From assembly GCA_016218805.1 (NCBI GenBank), contig JACRCW010000142.1:1-36071 (forward strand): a stretch of 36,071 nt of DNA, given 5' to 3'. The position numbers and the translations under genes were made by a program. The notes under the pieces are model-generated. The model worked only from the letters and a program-made list of their open reading frames with translations, ran no database searches and was not told the DNA's origin. This stretch comes from Deltaproteobacteria bacterium (GTDB lineage: Bacteria; Myxococcota; JACRCW01). Shown piece after piece: positions 30,013-36,071 of this stretch. Positions within the stretch are counted from its first letter, which is position 1. The number at the start of each line of letters is the position of its first letter.

Positions 30013-31258
30013 GTCGCCTCCGAGCGCGCCGCGCCCGCGTCACGCCGATCAGGTTGAGGGCCCCTGAGAGTTCGTCTGAAACCCTTCCCAGCTCCGTCTC
30101 ATCAAGGAACCAGGTTCCTTCCTGGACGAGCGAGCGCGGCGGCGCACCTTCTTCATCAAACGCATAGACGGCCAGCTTCTGCCCTGGCACGCGTACCCAC
30201 GGGTCAGGCACTCCTTCAATGCTGTCCGCGCCCAATTCCGCCGCCTGCACCAAGTTGTTCACCGCGTAAAGGATCGTCAGGGAGTGGGTCGTCATTACCA
30301 CCCGGAACCCGTGACGGACGAGGAACGCGAGAATCTCCACCATGGCCACTTGGGCCGATGGATGCAGATGGATCTCCGGCTCTTCGACGAAGACTGTGAA
30401 ACGTTTGGAAATCGCCTTTTGCTGCCGCAGAAGGAACAGTGCCTGCGCAATGTGTGCAATCGGCCAGTTCGCGCGCTGGCCGGAGGACGCCATGTCGATA
30501 TCGAATTGCCGGCGTGTTGGGCCACCGAACGTCCACTTCCATTGTGAGCCATACTTGGCCGCAGCGCCCCGAAGGGCGGTTTCGGCGCGATCAGCGACCC
30601 ACTGGGATTCCGCGGGAAGCCCACCGGCGGCAGCGGTGCTCAGCGCCGCAGCAGAGGTGTCCAGCCAATCTGAAAACAGCCCATAGGTCAGCGGGAGGTT
30701 CAACAGCTTTCCCGCTGCCGCGCGCTTCAACTGCGAGACAATCAGACGCTCGGTGGGGATGAACACCGCGTGCCTGCGGGGCTCCCGGGGCATGGCGACC
30801 GCGGCATTCACCAACTCACGAAGCGCCTTGGCCGGCAAGATCTGTCTGGTGGCGGACTGAGCGTTGAACCGCAATGCCTTGTCCTGAGGGATGTCCGGAC
30901 GGTCAAAGGGCCTGCCTCGCCTCCATTCGATGGTCGCGGAAGGGTTTGCGAAAGTTCCGAATGCGCGGTCGCTGCTTCGAAGGCGATCCAACAAATACCT
31001 GACAATCACGTTGGCCCCACGCCCGTCGGATTCTTCTTGTGCTCCCGCCGCAAAAGCAGAGAGGTAGGGCAGTTCTTCAAAGAAGTAGAGACTCTGGGCG
31101 ACCAAAGACTTTCCAGTGCCCTGCGGACCCACGAGAATGGTGAACGGCTTTATGTGCAGAGTGCACGGTGCGACCACTGGCCCCAGCGCACCTTTCGCGA
31201 TGCGAAACACGTCGGTGTCGCGCCCAACCTCACCGCCGTTCTTCAGCACTGATGGCAT
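30005..31258 (-). CDS. Second soluble ABC-family ATPase (AAA_15/AAA_21-like)
   Basis: LGPV, Walker A GPQGTGKS, FIPTER, signature ASSGQR, Walker B VEEPEIHLHP..Q, TTHS; AAGGAG RBS. Confidence 0.9.
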   Translation of the reverse strand: MPSVLKNGGEVGRDTDVFRIAKGALGPVVAPCTLHIKPFTILVGPQGTGKSLVAQSLYFFEELPYLSAFAAGAQEESDGRGANVIVRYLLDRLRSSDRAFGTFANPSATIEWRRGRPFDRPDIPQDKALRFNAQSATRQILPAKALRELVNAAVAMPREPRRHAVFIPTERLIVSQLKRAAAGKLLNLPLTYGLFSDWLDTSAAALSTAAAGGLPAESQWVADRAETALRGAAAKYGSQWKWTFGGPTRRQFDIDMASSGQRANWPIAHIAQALFLLRQQKAISKRFTVFVEEPEIHLHPSAQVAMVEILAFLVRHGFRVVMTTHSLTILYAVNNLVQAAELGADSIEGVPDPWVRVPGQKLAVYAFDEEGAPPRSLVQEGTWFLDETELGRVSDELSGALNLIGVTRARRARRRHG

Positions 31259-31339
31259 TGCGGACTCCTTTGGCGGTGGTATTTGAAGCGGGCGGGGTCG
31301 CCGACTCTGTGCTCATTTTCACGATGGAACCGGCTCGGA

Positions 31340-34018
31340 TCAGACTTGGTCATCGTCCACCTCCCCGCGGCCACTCCGTTCCTTCCGCAAGCCCCAGCGG
31401 TCATACACGAACCTCGTCCCCCCAAACGAGAACAACAGCCGGTCCGGTCCGGCCGCGACGTCCTCGGCGCGGCAGTCGTCGGGGTCTGCATCCGCGCACC
31501 AGTGTGCGCGAACGGTAAACTCCTCTACCAGCCCGCCAAGCGGACTCCGCCACGGCTCCGACAACTCCACCCTTCGGTCCATCAGCCCCAACCGGCTGCG
31601 AACTTTCTTGTCGCCACCCGAAGGAAACCCCGTCTCGGCGTAACTCGTTGACCAGTCCACCAGGTTCAACTCGGCAACGCGCGCTTCGGCCGCGTAGACG
31701 CCTTCCACTTTCGCGCCGTGGGCCTGCCATTCCCCGCCCAGCGCGGCAGCCAGTTCGCGGAGGCGCGCCTCATCCACGCATGCCTCCACCAGCCCGCGGC
31801 ACATCTGCGGGATGCGCCACACCGGGTCCCGCTCCACCGCCCTCCAGGTCGCCTCCAGGACGCGGAGGTCTTCGTAGACCTCGCCGCCGAGGCCATGGTG
31901 ATAGGTCGCCGCATGGTCCGACCTGATGAACCGCCCGAGATCGCGCTCGGCAGGCACGACGACCGTCGCAGCGGGACGCGAGAATGGGGGCGCGCGGTCC
32001 GTCCGCGCGTGCCGGTGCAGGCGCCCGAGTCGTTGGAGCAAGACGTCGACCGGGGACAGGTCCGTGAGCATAAAATCCGCGTCCAGATCCAGGCTCTGCT
32101 GGATGGTCTGGGTCGCCACCGCGACCCGACCCGCAGCCTTCCGACCTTTGCCGAACTGCGCCTCCAGCGCCTGGTCCAACAGGACGCGGTCCGACCTGGC
32201 GTAGCGACCGTGGTGTAGCGCTGGCGCCCCGCCGCAGCGGAACAACACGTCCGCGCAGGCCGTCTCCGCGGCCAGTGCTTCCAGCGCGCGTTGGGTCTCC
32301 ACCGCCTCGGCCACTGAGTTCCGGACGACAAGGACAGCCGCCCCGTCCCTCGCTGCTTGGAGCGCCGCGCCTGCCACGGCAGCCGGGTCCTCCAGCCACG
32401 GGGCGGTCGACAATGACAGTTCTCTCTGTGAGACCCCATGGTCCTGCTCGACGGTCTCGACCCGAACGGATGCCCCACGGTGCACCACCACCGGGTAGTC
32501 GGCAGCTTCTGGCGGAAGCGCGCCGGCCACCGCATCCGGCCACAACAGCGCGTTCCAGGTCCGTTGGCCCAGCGTCGCGCTCATCAGCAACGCGTGGCCT
32601 CCTGCCGCGGCGTGGTGCGCGAGCACGCAACGCAACACGTTGGTCATGTACGCATCCGAGGCGTGCACTTCGTCCACCACCAGGAGGTGACGAAGGAGCG
32701 CCGTGGCGCGCAGGTGCGCGTGCGGCACCGTCAGCCCCGCCAGCAGTGCCTGGTCCACCGTGCCCACCACGATGGTGCCGGCCATGTAGCGCTTGCTGTT
32801 CTCGACGGCCCAGCCGCGATGCCGGGTCGTTCGCGAGGACGCGGCGAGGTCGTCCGGCCACAACACGCCGAAGTCCGGCAATCGGCGTGCGTCCTTATCG
32901 TCGACGCGCAGGTACCCGGGGACTGCCAAGACCACCGGCGGAGCCGGTCCCGTGCTGAACGCGCGCTGAACAGCATCGCGGACGCGTTGATGCATCTGCG
33001 TGGCCGACGTGCGGGTGGGCAGCGCGAAGTACAGGCCGTCCACCTCGCGCGCGGCGAACAGCGCCATGAAATGCGCCAACGCGCCTTCGGTCTTCCCGGA
33101 CCCGGTCTCGGCTTCCAAGATGGTGATGCTGGGGCCGCCGCTTGCGGGAATTCGCAGCATCGCCTCTTGGGCCGGCCGCGGGGGGTGCATGCAGATGGCC
33201 TCAAAGGGGCGCCGCTGAGCCGCTTCGCCGCGCCACGCTTCCGCGTCCAACCCGTTGAGGCGCAGGGATTCCTGCGCCGCACGCACGCTCGTCAACCAGC
33301 GCTGCTGCGCATCAGGGGACTCGCTGAACGGAAAGCAACCCGGCTCGCGGTTGCTCCCGAGCCAGTCCGCCAGCATCACCAGGCCGGCGAACGCGTGCTC
33401 CAGCGCCGTCGACTGCGGAAGCGGTTCCGCCTCGGCCGAGAACGCCCGGGGCAACCACTGGCGGAGGCTGGCCGCCAGGCGGCGCACGCCCTCCCAAGCC
33501 GTCCGGCGGTAGGGGCCCTGGTCGTCCCATTCGTGAAACGCCGCTGCCGGGAGACCGCTGAGATTCGTCGGCTGACCGTGGTGCCCAATCGCAGCGATCA
33601 GCAGACGCGCGGCAGCGTCGGCCTCGCCGTCCGACGCGCCGAACCTCTCGATGTCCTTCCACGCGACCGCGTCGGAGAGCCGGCGGGTGAGGTCGGGCGA
33701 ACGGAACAGTCCGAGTGCCTCTTTCACATGCCCCGCAGTCCGCTCGAAGGGGGGAATGCCCTTCCGCTGGAACCCGTGGTTGTACTTCCCCAGGTCATGC
33801 AGCGCGGCCAACACCGCCAGCCGGTCGCAGTGGACCTCTGTCAGGTCACTCCATCCGCACAGCCGGGCGAGCCGCTTGCGCCAGATTGGCAGCGCCAACA
33901 GCGCCCGCGTGACGGCCGCCACATCACCGCAGTGGTGCTCCAACGGGTGCCACGCGGTGACCCGCCCCTGGTCATCCTTCTCAAGCTTGGCCCACCAATC
34001 GGTTGGCGTTCCCTGCAT
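31340..34018 (-). CDS. cas3: Cas3 HD nuclease-helicase
   Basis: WAK, LEHH..DV, LHDLGK, GHHG, ADWLGS; ETGSGKTE, DEVH, MSAT, QRLGRLHRH. Confidence 0.97.
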   Translation of the reverse strand: MQGTPTDWWAKLEKDDQGRVTAWHPLEHHCGDVAAVTRALLALPIWRKRLARLCGWSDLTEVHCDRLAVLAALHDLGKYNHGFQRKGIPPFERTAGHVKEALGLFRSPDLTRRLSDAVAWKDIERFGASDGEADAAARLLIAAIGHHGQPTNLSGLPAAAFHEWDDQGPYRRTAWEGVRRLAASLRQWLPRAFSAEAEPLPQSTALEHAFAGLVMLADWLGSNREPGCFPFSESPDAQQRWLTSVRAAQESLRLNGLDAEAWRGEAAQRRPFEAICMHPPRPAQEAMLRIPASGGPSITILEAETGSGKTEGALAHFMALFAAREVDGLYFALPTRTSATQMHQRVRDAVQRAFSTGPAPPVVLAVPGYLRVDDKDARRLPDFGVLWPDDLAASSRTTRHRGWAVENSKRYMAGTIVVGTVDQALLAGLTVPHAHLRATALLRHLLVVDEVHASDAYMTNVLRCVLAHHAAAGGHALLMSATLGQRTWNALLWPDAVAGALPPEAADYPVVVHRGASVRVETVEQDHGVSQRELSLSTAPWLEDPAAVAGAALQAARDGAAVLVVRNSVAEAVETQRALEALAAETACADVLFRCGGAPALHHGRYARSDRVLLDQALEAQFGKGRKAAGRVAVATQTIQQSLDLDADFMLTDLSPVDVLLQRLGRLHRHARTDRAPPFSRPAATVVVPAERDLGRFIRSDHAATYHHGLGGEVYEDLRVLEATWRAVERDPVWRIPQMCRGLVEACVDEARLRELAAALGGEWQAHGAKVEGVYAAEARVAELNLVDWSTSYAETGFPSGGDKKVRSRLGLMDRRVELSEPWRSPLGGLVEEFTVRAHWCADADPDDCRAEDVAAGPDRLLFSFGGTRFVYDRWGLRKERSGRGEVDDDQV

Positions 34019-34085
34019 GTCCCCGCCCCATAAGGCTTTTCCCGGTTACCGCCTCCCAGCACCTCTGCTTCGCGGCGCACACCTA

Positions 34086-34400
34086 CTCCGTGTCCAGGGC
34101 GCGGGCAACCCGTCCAAAACCCGCGGTCCACGCATGTCCTGCGGCATGAGTGACGGTGGGAAAGGCGCTGGGAACACGTGTCCTGCAGGCTTGAGTGTCC
34201 ACCGAAACTGTCAGGTCACGCGCGCCCCGCGGGTTCAGGCGCGTCACAACACCCGCGGGACGCGCACGTCCTGCGGGTCTGTGCGCGCCTGGAAGGCCGC
34301 CCTCCACGCGCGCCCGAGGAGTTTCTGCACGTCACTCAACGCGTTGGGTGCGCGTGTCCCGCGGCATTCTGCAGCCGCAGACCGCCACCCGGCGCGCACC
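34086..34400. repeat. Degenerate tandem array with 44-bp period, about 7 units, with internal dyad symmetry
   Basis: Core rCGCryG(T/C)CCyGCGG recurs with G(T/C)CC at 34092, 34136, 34180, 34224, 34268, 34312 and 34356; units 4 and 6 match at 28 of 44 positions by hand alignment. Confidence 0.75.
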
Positions 34401-34439
34401 TGCGCTGGGCCTTTGCCGGCTGCCTGATTGCCAACCGGT

Positions 34440-35132
34440 TCAAGCCGGCTGGGTCTCCGGCGTGGTGGTGACGGTGGTGCCTTCCGCGGCGTCCGTGCCC
34501 CCACCGCCGCGCCGCTTCTGAACGCGGAAAAACGTGTTGGCCCAGTCCCTGGGCAGACCGCGCTCCACCGCCCGGGTGACCAGCATGGCGTGCAGGCCGT
34601 CGCGCTCACGGGTGAGGTTGTCCACCAGTTCCTCTTCCGCAATGGCGGCCTCGCCGCGCACGTTGGCGGTGGACTTGGTCTGGGTGAGTGCGGCGTCCCC
34701 GGCCTTGGCCCACTTGAGCGTCTCGTCCTTGTGCGGGGCGAACAACGCCTCGGAGGCGCCCGCCCAGGCCAGGACCGTGTCCACCTGGGTGCGCAGCGCC
34801 TGCTTGCAGAATGACGTGATGGTGTGGGTGCCAAAGAACAGCTTCCAGCGCGCGGACTTGCGGTCCTTGAGGGCCAGGTCCAACTCAAGGCCGAACCTGT
34901 TGCACGCCGTGTCCAGCCGGGAGTTGGCAACGGCCCGGAGTGCATCACACTTGGAGGCAACTTCCCGCGCCCGCCGTTGCGCCGCCGCCACCGCGTCGAT
35001 GCTTGCAATCCAGCGGTCGGTGTGGGGCAACAGATCTGCGGAATCCGGGTCCGCCTCGAGCGCGGAGCGGGTGAAGAAGACCTCCTCCTCAAGCTCCGCA
35101 TGGGTGGCTGTCACTGTCAGCTTGCGCGGCAC
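34440..35132 (-). CDS. Hypothetical predominantly alpha-helical protein, 230 aa
   Basis: AGGAGG RBS before GTG; amphipathic helices, C-terminal ERGLPRDWANTFF motif and disordered tail; co-oriented with cas3. Confidence 0.8.
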   Translation of the reverse strand: MPRKLTVTATHAELEEEVFFTRSALEADPDSADLLPHTDRWIASIDAVAAAQRRAREVASKCDALRAVANSRLDTACNRFGLELDLALKDRKSARWKLFFGTHTITSFCKQALRTQVDTVLAWAGASEALFAPHKDETLKWAKAGDAALTQTKSTANVRGEAAIAEEELVDNLTRERDGLHAMLVTRAVERGLPRDWANTFFRVQKRRGGGGTDAAEGTTVTTTPETQPA

Positions 35133-35144
35133 GGCGTTCCTCCT

Positions 35145-35308
35145 GTGCGAAATGTTCGCGCCCCGCTAGTCCTGCGCCAGCGAGGCTGTCAAGCGGCTTT
35201 TACGGGCAGCGTGAAGCTGGTAGGGGGCAACTTCAGCGCCTGGATGGTGAACAGGTAGCCGTTGTTAGTTGTTCCCTTGTTGCCGAGGCTGCTCCATTTC
35301 GGCACAGA
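35145..35308. promoter_or_regulatory. CRISPR leader and divergent promoter region
   Basis: Non-coding, lower GC, abuts an intact first repeat; minus-strand TTGACA at 35192-35187 with only a weak -10; short inverted repeats at 35212-35236 and 35281-35304. Confidence 0.6.
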
Positions 35309-36069
35309 GGCTCCCCCGCGCACGCGGGGATGGACCCGTCGCCGGCGACCACGCCCGCCCACGCGGCCTGGCTCCCCCGCGCACGCGGGGATGGACCCTG
35401 GCACGCCTGGCGCCGGCCGCGGGTTTAGTTGGCTCCCCCGCGCACGCGGGGATGGACCCTGTGGGTGCGCGAGACACACTGCCCGCGATATGGCTCCCCC
35501 GCGCACGCGGGGATGGACCCAGGCGCCCGGCAGAAAAAGCTGAGCTCCGGGCGGCTCCCCCGCGCACGCGGGGATGGACCCTTCAAGCTGCGCGTCACGT
35601 GGGCGGCGTCACTGGCTCCCCCGCGCACGCGGGGATGGACCCCGGGGCGCGGCCCCGCCCCCGCCTGCCATCCGGGCTCCCCCGCGCACGCGGGGATGGA
35701 CCCCACGGGGGAGGTGGACATAGCGCGCAATGCGCGGCTCCCCCGCGCACGCGGGGATGGACCCTTATCTCAGATATCGTCAAAGAAGCAGAAACAGGCT
35801 CCCCCGCGCACGCGGGGATGGACCCTGCGCCATTGGCGTGACAGCGGAGGACCAGCAGGCTCCCCCGCGCACGCGGGGATGGACCCCCTGACTCTGACCG
35901 TCGTCGTCATGCTCGCACGGCTCCCCCGCGCACGCGGGGATGGACCCTGACAAGCGCCGCGCTCTGGCCTGCCACGTCGGGCTCCCCCGCGCACGCGGGG
36001 ATGGACCCCTGTCCACCACATCGCCAGGGCTGCTTGAGCCGGCTCCCCCGCGCACGCGGGGATGGACCC
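35309..36069 (+). CRISPR. Type I-E CRISPR array: 13 identical 29-nt repeats GGCTCCCCCGCGCACGCGGGGATGGACCC, 12 complete 32-nt spacers, truncated by window end
   Basis: Exact 61-nt period from 35309 to 36041; CCCCGC/GCGGGG hairpin; orientation by analogy to I-E repeats ending ATAAACCG. Confidence 0.99.
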
Positions 36070-36071
36070 GA

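Noticed and set aside
31259..31339. CreA/CreR-like mini-array between cas3 and ATPase-2
   Set aside because: No CRISPR-repeat-like sequence is visible in this gap
34086..34400. Assigning the 44-bp array to type III toxin-antitoxin or TIGR systems
   Set aside because: Units are far more degenerate than ToxI-type repeats, no box C/D motifs are evident, and no ToxN- or Nop-domain gene is recognisable nearby; kept as unclassified
35248..35276. Possible degenerate repeat one period before repeat 1
   Set aside because: Shares only the final CCC with the repeat; treated as leader
35887..35918. Spacer 10 resembles the cas2 start region (21485-21516)
   Set aside because: Only 18 of 32 positions match by hand and the seed-proximal end mismatches, so chance is likely; no convincing self-target was seen for other spacers by eye
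35189..36055. ORFs across the CRISPR array
   Set aside because: Translations of the repeats (PPRTRGW, GSPAHAGMDP), not genes

Overview
GC-rich bacterial window, probably Myxococcota/deltaproteobacterial (inferred from Cys-rich and FG-GAP lipoproteins and a DUF6209-like protein). 1-19.6 kb is mostly housekeeping and envelope genes: PIN/UPF0175 toxin-antitoxin pair, lon, rpmE, lipoproteins, TrmB regulator, acyltransferase, a frameshifted methyltransferase, thiolase and a REC-GGDEF-EAL protein. From about 19.6 kb the composition changes. 21.2-34.0 kb is a complete minus-strand type I-E cas operon (cas3, cas8e, cas11, cas7, cas5, cas6e, cas1, cas2) interrupted at three points by five translationally coupled non-cas genes: two different ABC-ATPase + putative PD-(D/E)XK nuclease pairs and a lone DUF2442-like gene. 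Upstream of cas3 are a degenerate, internally palindromic 44-bp-period array and a 230-aa helical hypothetical gene, then a divergent leader and a CRISPR array (13 repeats, cut by the window end). All family assignments are by-eye motif recognition, not database searches.
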